Positions 18,892-28,607 of a stretch of 52,491 nt of DNA are shown one piece after another (within the stretch, counting starts at the first letter, position 1; the number at the start of each line of letters is the position of its first letter). This DNA is from Bacilli bacterium (GTDB taxonomy: Bacteria; Bacillota_I; Bacilli_A; RFN20; CAG-826), in NCBI GenBank assembly GCA_045132035.1, contig JBGURM010000001.1:1-52491 (forward strand), written 5' to 3'. The translations under genes and the position numbers were made by a program. A model generated the notes under the pieces. That model did no database searches and had not been told where the DNA came from. It was given only the letters and a program-made list of their open reading frames with translations.

Positions 18892-19989
18892 TTACTTCAA
18901 ATAATAACTAAGACATTCTCTGGTGAGTCTATTATTGTAATCTATTCCTTTTTCTTTAAAGTATTCAACGTTAGCCTTTAAAACAGCGACAAATCCATCG
19001 GTTACACTACATAACATAGCATTTATTAGGTCAGTTGAGTCAAATCCACGACCTGGTTCGATCTTATCGGCGGCGTAAACAATCTTAGCAACATCACTCA
19101 TATTAGCCTTTCCAGTAGAGTGATATTTGATTGCGTCCACTATTTCTGGATCAGTAATTTGATACTCTTTTTTTACTTTTTCAGCACCGATTATTTGATG
19201 ATATAAAACTGGTTGGAGGTCGCCAAATTCCTCTTTATATGGAGCGAATTCCACCACTTCTCTTTCCTTGTCTTTATATTTTGCAACATCATGTAATAAG
19301 GCGGCTATTAACGCCTTTTTTGGTGCTTTTATTTTATTAGTTTTTGCAATAATGTAGGCTAATTTTGCCACTCTTTTGCTGTGTTCGTACCTTTTTTGGC
19401 CTATTTCACTACCGATTTTCTTCATGAAGTAAAGGTCGTTGTCGATTATGTAGTCGATAACTGAGTCGAATGTGTCTAGTGACTGGAGTTCTCTAATCTT
19501 GGTGGAACTATAATCATTCACTTCTCCCACTAGTCTATTCATTTTGTAAGTCTTAATGTTCTCTTCGTTTAAATTCTCGTCTAAGCGTCCAAAAAACACT
19601 ATCTTGACGAGTTTAGATAGTTCGAGTGCGTCTTTCCACAAATGGAATTTATCGACTTGATCTTGGCCAATTAATAAATATAGATTGTCGTTAGGATATT
19701 CTTTTTTAAAGTGTCGGACTGTATCAATTGTGTAAGATACATCATCTCCACTTTTATCAATCTCATAAGTTGATATAGAAAATCTATCTTTATATTTACT
19801 TTCGCCTATGGCGAGCTTAATCATATTGATTTTGTGCTCTGGAGAGACAGAATCATTTTTCCATACGGAAATCTTAGCAGGTATAAAAATAACGTCAGCG
19901 GACAGCTGTTCGCTGGCTTTTTCTGCCATATTGATATGTCCGAAATGAATCGGATCAAATCCTCCACCAAAAAGGACTATATTTTTCAT
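18892..19989 (-). CDS. nadD: Nicotinate-nucleotide adenylyltransferase fused to a YqeK-type HD-domain (Ap4A) hydrolase
   Basis: N-terminal FGGGFDPIHFGH, SYTIDT, SSTKIR; C-terminal RYEHS..V, LLHDVAK, AIKYHSTG, YAADKIEPGR. Confidence 0.92.
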   Translation of the reverse strand: MKNIVLFGGGFDPIHFGHINMAEKASEQLSADVIFIPAKISVWKNDSVSPEHKINMIKLAIGESKYKDRFSISTYEIDKSGDDVSYTIDTVRHFKKEYPNDNLYLLIGQDQVDKFHLWKDALELSKLVKIVFFGRLDENLNEENIKTYKMNRLVGEVNDYSSTKIRELQSLDTFDSVIDYIIDNDLYFMKKIGSEIGQKRYEHSKRVAKLAYIIAKTNKIKAPKKALIAALLHDVAKYKDKEREVVEFAPYKEEFGDLQPVLYHQIIGAEKVKKEYQITDPEIVDAIKYHSTGKANMSDVAKIVYAADKIEPGRGFDSTDLINAMLCSVTDGFVAVLKANVEYFKEKGIDYNNRLTRECLSYYLK

Positions 19990-20276
19990 TTTAGTTTGAT
20001 TTTTGGATTCTCTTTATTCCTGCGGAATAGAACTATAACTCTTCCTACAACAGAAACGACATCCGCATGTAGTTTGCTTGATAAATCAAGCGTTAGTTCC
20101 ATTATTGGAGTAGTCGCACTACTAAGGACATCGATTTTAATTAATTCTCTAGCTTCTAAAGCTTTGTCTAACATCGTAATTAAAGATTCGGTAATTTCAT
20201 TCTTACCGACTTGATATTTTGTTTTATCTTTATCGCTTAAAGCTTTTAGGAGCTTCTTTTGTTCTTTTGTAATCAT
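19986..20276 (-). CDS. yhbY: YhbY/CRM-domain RNA-binding protein
   Basis: QVGKN.I, LEARELIKI, VGRVIVLFR; in the yqeG-yqeH-yhbY-nadD operon. Confidence 0.9.
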   Translation of the reverse strand: MITKEQKKLLKALSDKDKTKYQVGKNEITESLITMLDKALEARELIKIDVLSSATTPIMELTLDLSSKLHADVVSVVGRVIVLFRRNKENPKIKLK

Positions 20277-21416
20277 TTATCTCACCTTAGAAAGACATTC
20301 TTTAATCGCAACACCTTTTGGTAAAAGGACTCTTAATTTTTGTCCTTTGCCTCTTGTTGAGAACCAGCAAAGTCCTTCAACAGAGATGTCGTGTCTTAAA
20401 TCATCATCTTCTAATTCATATTCAAATAAATCGTAATCTCTAAAAGAGAGGAATCTCTCGCTGACAGGACGGCAGAATTTCTTGCGTCTATTTTCTTCCA
20501 TCATTTGGTCAACTTTACTATTAGCGACCACTTTGACTTCAGTTTTCTCACCCATAAAGATACGGATGGAAGCACGTCTACCGCTTAAAACATATAAGCA
20601 AGCAAGGTTACCAACCATAATCGCACTTCCTTCTCCAATAAATCTTCTTGTCATTACAACTTCTTTTCTTGGAGCAATTTGCTTTAACAAATCTTTTTCC
20701 ACTTTAGAGGCAACTGAGGTTGAGTTACTTAAATCTGGAAGTTGATATAAAAATGAGGAATTAGAAAGTGGAATTTCTAAAACATCAGAATTTGTTCCTG
20801 GATATAATTCAGTTTTGATTTGCCATTTTGTTTTATTAACATAAGTTTTCAAGAACTTGTTAACAAAGGTGGTTTTGCCACTGTTGACTTCACCAATTAA
20901 GTAAATATCGCGATATTTTCTTTGGTTTGCGACTTCTTGAACGATTGGATTGATATCGATGGAGTTATCATCGCTACCAATTAATTTAATTGCAACTGGA
21001 TTAATGCCTTCTTCTGCAAATCTTTCATCAAGATATCTGATAAGCATCTCATCGGTAACACCAGTTTTGAATAAATCTCTTTTTGAGCCAACAACAATAA
21101 CATTGAGTTTCTTTACTTTTTTGACAACATCTGGATTTAATGTTCCATTAAAGGAGAAAAGATCAACCATCCATACGATTAATGAATCGGTTGCAACTGC
21201 GTCATTAAGAATTTTAATGATATCTTTATCAGTTTCATGTTGAAGATCACTTGTATTGAGTTCAAGCATCTTTTCATAGCAGCTATTGCAATATGGAATC
21301 TTTGGAACTCCATTTTCAACGATTGCTTTAGAAATGAAACCAACTTCTTTCTTGCTGTTTGTTTGTAAGATCGCGCCACAATTGTGACATCTTAACACTC
21401 TTTTTGCTGTTGCCAT
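20277..21416 (-). CDS. yqeH: Ribosome biogenesis GTPase YqeH
   Basis: N-terminal CxxC...CxxC zinc finger; G4 (SKRD) precedes G1 (GEVNSGKTT); YPGT. Confidence 0.85.
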   Translation of the reverse strand: MATAKRVLRCHNCGAILQTNSKKEVGFISKAIVENGVPKIPYCNSCYEKMLELNTSDLQHETDKDIIKILNDAVATDSLIVWMVDLFSFNGTLNPDVVKKVKKLNVIVVGSKRDLFKTGVTDEMLIRYLDERFAEEGINPVAIKLIGSDDNSIDINPIVQEVANQRKYRDIYLIGEVNSGKTTFVNKFLKTYVNKTKWQIKTELYPGTNSDVLEIPLSNSSFLYQLPDLSNSTSVASKVEKDLLKQIAPRKEVVMTRRFIGEGSAIMVGNLACLYVLSGRRASIRIFMGEKTEVKVVANSKVDQMMEENRRKKFCRPVSERFLSFRDYDLFEYELEDDDLRHDISVEGLCWFSTRGKGQKLRVLLPKGVAIKECLSKVR

Positions 21417-21937
21417 TATTTATTCCTCCAATCAATGAGATTGCCTCTTTTTTTATGATGTTTCCTTATTGGACGATCAATTAATCGATTGATATGTGTC
21501 GTCCATTGGTCTTCTTTGACGATTTTTTCTGTTAACACAACGCGTATCTTCGCGCCTTTAGCCGCAAGCACGTCCGTCATCATTTGATCGCCTACAAGCA
21601 TTACATCATCGGGCGTTAGGCCTCTACGCGATATCTCATTTCGTAATCGCTTAGAGAATGGTTTCATCGCGCTACTTAAGAATTCGATTCCAAGTAAATT
21701 CGCATAACCAGAGACTCTTTTAGCTTTGTTATTACTTATGATCACTGGGGTTATTCCGTTATCTTTAAGTTTTTTAACATAGTCGATTGTTCTTTGCTTT
21801 GGTTCACGTGCTTTATAGCTATCTAACGTGTTATCCAAATCCATGAACAAGGTTTTTACGTGGTTTCTTATATAGAATTCAGGTTCAATTTCATAAATTG
21901 ACTGACTATGTGCGAACGGGATAAATCTCTTAAACAT
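21416..21937 (-). CDS. yqeG: YqeG family HAD IIIA phosphatase
   Basis: DLDNTL, ISNN, AMKP, VGDQMMTD. Confidence 0.92.
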   Translation of the reverse strand: MFKRFIPFAHSQSIYEIEPEFYIRNHVKTLFMDLDNTLDSYKAREPKQRTIDYVKKLKDNGITPVIISNNKAKRVSGYANLLGIEFLSSAMKPFSKRLRNEISRRGLTPDDVMLVGDQMMTDVLAAKGAKIRVVLTEKIVKEDQWTTHINRLIDRPIRKHHKKRGNLIDWRNK

Positions 21938-22043
21938 AAAATGTACAATATAATTGTAAACGAAAAAGCTAATATAATGTAGAGTTTTGTGATTTATTTG
22001 ATTTTTTGGTTTCTTAAAAAGAAAAAGTAGCCATTTAGATATA

Positions 22044-22071
22044 TACTAAATAACTACTAATTTTCTACTAT
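22044..22071 (+). repeat. Phased direct repeat (TACTAA-N5)x3 (copy D)
   Basis: TACTAA 22044, TACTAA 22055, TACTAT 22066; partly overlaps a hairpin downstream of parC. Confidence 0.75.
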
Positions 22072-22100
22072 AATTATATGTTATATAACTGTGTTATATC

Positions 22101-24728
22101 TTAATCCAAATCATCGAAGATTGAGATCTGTTCATAACTGCCTGGTTCTTTATCAGATTCTTCAGCTTGATTATCGTTATCTTTTTCCTCTTCAGCTGGT
22201 TCAATTACTTGAGGTTCGACTGGTGAAGATTCCTTTTCGATGATTGGATGAGAGACGTTATGTTTTCCAACATTAACAATCGTTGTATCAAAGACGAAAC
22301 TGATATGTTGTTTCAAAGTCATCCGATCAATATTCTTCTTTGCGTATTGAGCCTCAGTGTTTGTTAAGTCATTTACCTCTAGAGGTAAAATTACGCGGTC
22401 ATTGAGATATAGATTTAAAGTGAATGATTCTCTACTATCTGGTTTCATTGCAAAGATAACACTATGAGGATCGCCTTTGAAGCTTTGTAATATTGTTTGA
22501 ACCTTGCCTAAACGGTTAGTTCTAAAGAATTTCGTGCTATCAGTTACGCGTAGGTGTCCCTTATTAGTAATTAAGACAATCTTACTTCTTTCATCTCTTT
22601 CAAATGCAAGAAGAGCGACAGCTTGATTACTGCCTAATGAGGAGATTGATTTAACTCCACCTGCTTTATTTCCGATGATTGTTAATTCATTCTCGTTATA
22701 GAGAGAACAATTACCGTTATTAGTTATAACTAATAAGTCACTATCTCCACTAATGAGTTTTAAGTCAGCTACTTGGTCATTAGTGAGTAGTTTCATGTAT
22801 TTTGCAGGTCTATTTCTTTTAACGAGTTCGATTTGAGAAAGAGCCATACGTTTGATTTGACCAAATTTAGTTAAAATAGCTAAATATAAGTCATCTCACA
22901 TCTCGCTAATAGTCATTGCTCTAATGATTTTTTCTCCACTAGCAAGAGTGACAAACTCATTGATATGAGTTCCTTCGTCTTTCCACTTATTATCGGTGAG
23001 ATTATGGACTCCAATACAAGTATAGTTACCTAAATTTGTAAAACAAATTAGGTAATCAGTGGTAAATGCTTGTCCAATTCCCACCATCATATCGCCATCT
23101 TTTAGGCCAGGCATACCACCATTAGAGCTACCATAGCTCCTTAAAGAGCTACGTTTTAAATAGCCGTCATATGTGACAGTAACCATAACTTCTTCTTTAG
23201 CGATTAATTCACGTTTATCAATTTCTTTTGTTTCGCCTTTTTCGATGATTTGAGTTCTTCTATCATCGCCATATTTATTGGCGATCGCTTTTAAATCACG
23301 AACGAGAACACGATTGAGTTTTTCTGGATCTTCAATGATTCCATGTAATGTTTCGATATCATTTTGAAGTTGAGTTTTCTCTTTTTCCAAAATCAATTCA
23401 TCGGTGTGACTTAATTTGTATAAAGGCATGGTAACAATTGCTTCTGCTTGAGCGTCAGTTAGTTCATATCTTTTAATCAAATTGGCCTTAGAATCGGCTT
23501 TATCATTACTTTTTCTAATGATTTCAACGATTTCGTTGATGTTAAGGGCCGCTAAAATTAAGCCTTCAACAATATGGAGTCGATCACTGAACTTTTTGAG
23601 ATCAAATTTGCTTCTACGAGTAATGACATCAACTTGGTGAGCGATATAAGCATCGACAAAATCGAGTAAACTGAGGGTTTTTGGTCTTCCATCCACAATA
23701 GCGACCATATTCGCGGTATAACCAGTTAATAAATTGGTTTTCTTCATTAAATATTGAAGAATGAGGTCCGCTTTTGCGTTCTTTTTGACATCAACAACGA
23801 TTCTAATTCCTTTATAATCAGATTCATCTCTAACTTCAATGATGCCATCAATCGCTTTTGAGTGCCTAATTTTGTCTATTTCATAGACAAGTTGAATTTT
23901 CACCACTTTATAAGGAATTTCTGTGATGATAATTTGATTGATATCCTTTTTTTCAACGATTTCAGTTTTAGCGCTTACTTCAATTCTACCTCTACCTGTT
24001 TGATAGATACTTTCTAGGCCTTGTGACTTATAAATATAGCCTCCGCCAGGAAAATCTGGGCCTTGAACAAATTGCATTAAATCTTCAACTGTTGCGGTCT
24101 TATGACCAATACGATAAATCGTCGCATCAATGACTTCTTTTAAGTTATGAGGTGGGATTTCAGTTGCTAAAGCAACTGCGATACCTTCTGTTCCGTTCAC
24201 TAATAAGTTAGGGAAACGGGATGGTAAAACGATTGGTTCATATTCGGTATCGTCAAAGTTAAGCTGCATATCAACAGTTTGTTTTTCAATATCGACGATG
24301 AGTTCGTTTGATAATTCAGAAAGTCTACTTTCTGTATAACGGTACGCGGCTGGAGAGTCGCCATCGATTGAGCCGTTATTACCTTGGAAGTCAATTAATG
24401 GATATCTAACTTTCCAGTCTTGACTCATTCTTGCTAAAGCTTCATAGATTGAGGTGTCACCATGTGGGTGATAAGTTCCCATGACCGCTCCAACAGTATG
24501 AGCGCACTTTTTGGTTGGTTTATTAAAAGTGTTTCCACTTTTATACATCGAAAAAATGATTCTTCTTTGAACTGGTTTTAATCCGTCTCTAACATCTGGA
24601 ATTGCACGATCTTGAATGACATATTTCGCATAAGTTGCGTATCTATCACTCATTACATCTTCAAGAGGTTCAACGGAAATATTTTCTTGAATAATTTCTT
24701 CTTCGACGTTTTCTTTTTTCTTCGCCAT
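22101..24728 (-). CDS. parC: DNA topoisomerase IV subunit A, interrupted by one in-frame TGA at 22896-22898
   Basis: RAIPDVRDGLKPVQRR, HPHGD, AAYRYTE; no GyrA box. ORFs 22896..24728 and 22101..22847 are in the same frame (...ISEM*DDLYLAILTKFGQIKRMALSQ...), 875 codons in total. Confidence 0.9.
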
Positions 24729-24729
24729 A

Positions 24730-26667
24730 TTACTTGACCTCCTTCATAAATGTATCAACGCTATTGAAGTCAACGTTTTCTTCGACCCATTTTCTTCTAA
24801 TAGAGGCATCATTACCCATTAATATTTTGACTCTTTTCTCTACGAGAAATGGGTCATTAATATCAACTTGAATTAAGAATCTTGTCTTTGGATCCATAGT
24901 TGTTTCTTTAAGTTGAATGGCGTCCATTTCACCAAGACCTTTGTAACGTTGGACTTTGCTTGCTGCACCCATTTTCTTTTTGGCTTTTGCAAGTGATTCA
25001 TCATCCCAAGCATATTCATGAATTGTTCTTTTACCGTCTTGTTTAGAGACGCTATAAAGAGGTGGAACGGCAATATAGATGTGTCCACTTGTAATGAGTT
25101 GTCTCATGTAGTGATAGAAGAATGTTAAAAGTAATGTTTGAATATGAGCACCATCAGTATCAGCATCGGTCATGATGATGATTTTTCCATATTTGATATC
25201 TTCAATATCAAAACTTTGTCCAAATCCAGCACCGATTGTGTTAATAATTGTTGCGATTTCTTCATTATGAAGTAATTTGTCTAAAGAAATAGAATCTGTG
25301 TTAAGTGGTTTACCACGTAGTGGTAAGATTGCTTGATGAATTCTATCTCTACCTTTTTTAGCTGTTCCACCAGCGGAATCACCTTCAACGATAAATAATT
25401 CATTTTTGAGGTAATCTTTGCTTTGTGCTGGAGTGAGTTTATCCGAAAGGATAACTTCTTGTTTATTGGCTTTCTTGCTACTTCTTGCTTCTTCTTTAGC
25501 TTTTCTAGCAGCAATACGAGCTTGTTGAGAATCGACACATTTCTTGATGATTCTCATTGCGTTTTCTTTGTTCTCGGTTAGATAATAAGTAAACTTATTA
25601 TAAATGAGGTTACTAACAACTGGGTTAGCTACTGGAGTGCCAAGTTTTCCTTTGGTTTGTCCTTCAAATTCAAGGAGTTCCTCAGGTACTTTAAGTGAAA
25701 CAATCGCGGTTAAGCCTTCTCTAACATCGCTGCCTTCAAGCTTCTTTCCTTTAAGCATTCCCACCATTTCTGCAAAATCATTTACAGCACGGGTAATACC
25801 ATTTCTAAAACCTGATTCATGAGTGCCACCATCAGAAGTTTTTACGTTATTAACGTAAGAGTAGATGGTTTCGTTATAATCTTCATAGCAAAATTGCAAA
25901 GCAATTTCAGTTTCAATATTTGTCACCGCATCAACTTCAGAAAAACTAACAACATCAATAATTGGTTTTTTCTCTTCGTTGAGGTTTGTGATATATTCGA
26001 CAAGACCGTTTTGATAGAAGAATTCTTGTTTATCTCCGCTTCTTTCATCGATGATCATAAAGCGGACGCCTTTCATCAAAAAGGCGCTTTCTTGTAAGTG
26101 AGAGGCAATAGTATCGTATTTAAAATCGACAGTTGAAAAGATTGTGGCGTCTGGTTTGAATCTCACTAAGGTTCCGTGTTTTTTACTGTCACCAATTTGT
26201 TCAAGTGGGGTTACTAAATGACCACCATTTTCAAATCTTAAGTGGTAAATTCCACCGTTTTGATAAACGGTGACATCACACCATTCACTTAAAGCGTTAG
26301 TAACTGATGCACCAACACCATGTAATCCACCAGCACTTTTATAAACTTGTGAATTGAATTTTCCACCAGCGTGAAGTTCAGTAAAAACAATCTCGACACC
26401 TGGTCGACCTGTTTCCTTATTGATTCCAACCGGAATTCCACGTCCTTCATCAAGTACTGAGCAGCTTCCATCTTTATGGATTGTGACAGTAATATTCTTA
26501 CCATATCCACTTAATGCTTCGTCAACTGCGTTGTCGACAACTTCCCAGACTAAATGATGTAGACCGCTTGAGTTTGTGCTTCCGATATACATTGCAGGTC
26601 TTTTTCTAACACCTTCAAGGCCTTGCAAAATATGGATATCGTTCGCAGTATATTGTCTCTCCGCCAT
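24730..26667 (-). CDS. parE: DNA topoisomerase IV subunit B
   Basis: VRKRPAMYIG, EVVDNAVDE, GGLHGVG, EGDSAGG, PLRGK, TDADTDG, QRYKGLGEM; divergent from plsY; start set at ATG 26667. Confidence 0.93.
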   Translation of the reverse strand: MAERQYTANDIHILQGLEGVRKRPAMYIGSTNSSGLHHLVWEVVDNAVDEALSGYGKNITVTIHKDGSCSVLDEGRGIPVGINKETGRPGVEIVFTELHAGGKFNSQVYKSAGGLHGVGASVTNALSEWCDVTVYQNGGIYHLRFENGGHLVTPLEQIGDSKKHGTLVRFKPDATIFSTVDFKYDTIASHLQESAFLMKGVRFMIIDERSGDKQEFFYQNGLVEYITNLNEEKKPIIDVVSFSEVDAVTNIETEIALQFCYEDYNETIYSYVNNVKTSDGGTHESGFRNGITRAVNDFAEMVGMLKGKKLEGSDVREGLTAIVSLKVPEELLEFEGQTKGKLGTPVANPVVSNLIYNKFTYYLTENKENAMRIIKKCVDSQQARIAARKAKEEARSSKKANKQEVILSDKLTPAQSKDYLKNELFIVEGDSAGGTAKKGRDRIHQAILPLRGKPLNTDSISLDKLLHNEEIATIINTIGAGFGQSFDIEDIKYGKIIIMTDADTDGAHIQTLLLTFFYHYMRQLITSGHIYIAVPPLYSVSKQDGKRTIHEYAWDDESLAKAKKKMGAASKVQRYKGLGEMDAIQLKETTMDPKTRFLIQVDINDPFLVEKRVKILMGNDASIRRKWVEENVDFNSVDTFMKEVK

Positions 26668-26751
26668 ACTATACCATCCTTTTCGCAAGACATTATAAAC
26701 GAAAAATATTGAAAATATAAAGCAATTCAGTAGAATATATAGGGGCCAAAA

Positions 26752-27519
26752 ATGGATATTATAATATATAATATTTTGATTGCAATTTCTGTCACATTAG
26801 TCGGATACATCTTCGGATCAATCCCAAATGGTATTTGGATTGGAAAGGTATTTTTCCACAAAGATCCAAGAGATTACGGAAGTGGAAATTCGGGCGGCAC
26901 AAACGTCGGAAGAGTTTTCGGTAAGAAAGTTGGACTTATTGTCATCATCTTAGACGCCGCAAAAGCTATCGTTCCACTTTACATGATTTGGCTATTTATG
27001 GTTAAAGTCCCACTATATAATAACTTGCCTTTGCTTCCAGACATGGTTACAAAATATTGTGGAGGAGACACAACAAATTATTTAGTTCAATGGCCAGTTT
27101 ATTGGTTATCTTTTGTTGGTGCAACCTTTGGACACTGCTATCCAATCTTCTACAAATTCAATGGTGGAAAGAATGTTTCGGTGTTTTATGGAACCGCAAC
27201 CGCTGCTGGATGGCTATTTGGAATTGTTCCAGGACTCTTCTTCTTTGTTGTTCTCAAACTTAAGAAATGGGTTTCTCTTGCTAGTGTCTCTTGCGCATGG
27301 TTTTCCGTCCTTCTTTCTTGGATTTGGGCCATCTTACTTATGACTGGAGTAGTGAATGGCACTAACGCTTGGTTAGCAAGTTATGGACCTGCTCTTGAAT
27401 GCAATTATGTGTTTGCAATAGTCATGACAATCGGCGCAGTAATTTTAACCATCAAGCACAGAGCCAATTTTGAGAGAATCAAGGCTGGTACAGAAAGCAA
27501 AATCAAATGGATGAAATAA
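26752..27519 (+). CDS. plsY: Glycerol-3-phosphate acyltransferase PlsY
   Basis: GYIFGSIP, GSGNSGGTNVGR, GHCYPIF..F.GGK, KHRANF.RI..GTE. Confidence 0.93.
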   Translation: MDIIIYNILIAISVTLVGYIFGSIPNGIWIGKVFFHKDPRDYGSGNSGGTNVGRVFGKKVGLIVIILDAAKAIVPLYMIWLFMVKVPLYNNLPLLPDMVTKYCGGDTTNYLVQWPVYWLSFVGATFGHCYPIFYKFNGGKNVSVFYGTATAAGWLFGIVPGLFFFVVLKLKKWVSLASVSCAWFSVLLSWIWAILLMTGVVNGTNAWLASYGPALECNYVFAIVMTIGAVILTIKHRANFERIKAGTESKIKWMK

Positions 27520-27523
27520 TTGG

Positions 27524-27551
27524 TTAGTATAAAATTAGTAGTTAATTAGTA
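27524..27551 (-). repeat. Phased direct repeat (TACTAA-N5)x3 (copy E)
   Basis: TTAGTA at 27524, 27535 and 27546 on the + strand. Confidence 0.8.
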
Positions 27552-27572
27552 TATTTAAACCAATGTGAATAG

Positions 27573-27606
27573 AGTTTTCCACACAATCGGAAAACTTTTA
27601 TTTTTT
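27573..27606 (+). terminator. Intrinsic terminator after plsY
   Basis: agttttcc-acacaatc-ggaaaact followed by a T-rich run. Confidence 0.65.
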
Positions 27607-27701
27607 CTTGATTATATCTTGTGCTTTTCATTGACTTTTATATTGAATAGTTAGTGATGTGGATTATTTTAAGGTCCGCTACCACTACTTTGAATCAAGA
27701 C

Positions 27702-27734
27702 AAAATAAAAACGTCGACTTCGAATATCGACGTT
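27702..27734 (-). terminator. Intrinsic terminator after efp-yneF
   Basis: 8-bp stem aacgtcga...tcgacgtt with a T-rich tail on the - strand. Confidence 0.65.
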
Positions 27735-27760
27735 GATATTTATTAACCTATTAAGATTAA

Positions 27761-27991
27761 CTATTTTTGTTGTCTTCTGACAGCATTCATTGTGCGTTGG
27801 ATGTCAGCTTCACTTGGCTTTCTTCCGACACTTTGATAGAGCGCTCTAATCATCTTTTCATTGATTGGAGGGTTCTTTTCAAGTTGTCTTTTGAATAAGA
27901 ATCTTGCTCCGAAGAATCCGGCCGCAAGAGCAGCGATAACTGCAGCAGCGAGAATGCCACCCCAAGCAGCATCTGCTAATAAAATAACCAT
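27761..27991 (-). CDS. yneF: YneF/UPF0154 family small membrane protein
   Basis: TM helix then GFFGAR...KNPPINEKMIR...GRKPSE; SD aggag. Confidence 0.9.
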   Translation of the reverse strand: MVILLADAAWGGILAAAVIAALAAGFFGARFLFKRQLEKNPPINEKMIRALYQSVGRKPSEADIQRTMNAVRRQQK

Positions 27992-28002
27992 ATGTGCTAC
28001 TC

Positions 28003-28560
28003 CTATGCTCTTCCGTCGTAATCGCCGTTATCGGTTCTTACTAAGACGACTTCGCCTTCTTCAATGAATAATGGGACTCTGACTTTAAGTCCTGTTTCAA
28101 GTTCAGCGTCTTTCATTGCTTTGTTAACTGTATCGCCTCTAATGGCTGGTTCACAGTGTGTGATCTTTAAAGCAACTTTAGCTGGTAAGTTGATACCAAG
28201 GACTTCACCTTCGTAACTTGTGATTTCAACAGTCTCTTCGCCTTTTAAGAATTGAATTTCCCATTCAAGTCTATCTTTAGAAATTTCGATTTGTTCATAT
28301 GTTTCTTGATCCATGAAGCATAATGCATCGCCTGTATCATAGAGATATTGCATTTGACGTTTCTCTAATCTGATAGTTTCAATTCCGTATCCACTATTAC
28401 GAGCCATTTCTGTAACAGCGCCAGAGCGTAAGTTCTTGACTTTGACCTTAGCAACCATTTTTCTCATCGCAGTTTTATTTAATAAAATGTCTAAAACTTG
28501 ATAGATGTTGCCTTCTTCAATGACGTAGTTTCCTGGTCTTAATTCAGTAACGTTAACCAT
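28003..28560 (-). CDS. efp: Elongation factor P
   Basis: MQYLY, FMDQETYEQ, P.IRGDT, K.A.LETG..V.VPLFI; tip loop KTAMR. Confidence 0.95.
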   Translation of the reverse strand: MVNVTELRPGNYVIEEGNIYQVLDILLNKTAMRKMVAKVKVKNLRSGAVTEMARNSGYGIETIRLEKRQMQYLYDTGDALCFMDQETYEQIEISKDRLEWEIQFLKGEETVEITSYEGEVLGINLPAKVALKITHCEPAIRGDTVNKAMKDAELETGLKVRVPLFIEEGEVVLVRTDNGDYDGRA

Positions 28561-28607
28561 TTCTAATTTCCTTTCTTTTTTAAAATCTTATGTATTATAT
28601 CAAATAA

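Noticed and set aside
22896-22898. Genome-wide TGA=Trp (code 4) as the explanation for the parC stop
   Set aside because: Other genes are full length under code 11, Trp is TGG, and TGA ends dinB, yhbY, trmK, hrcA and the Fic-like gene.
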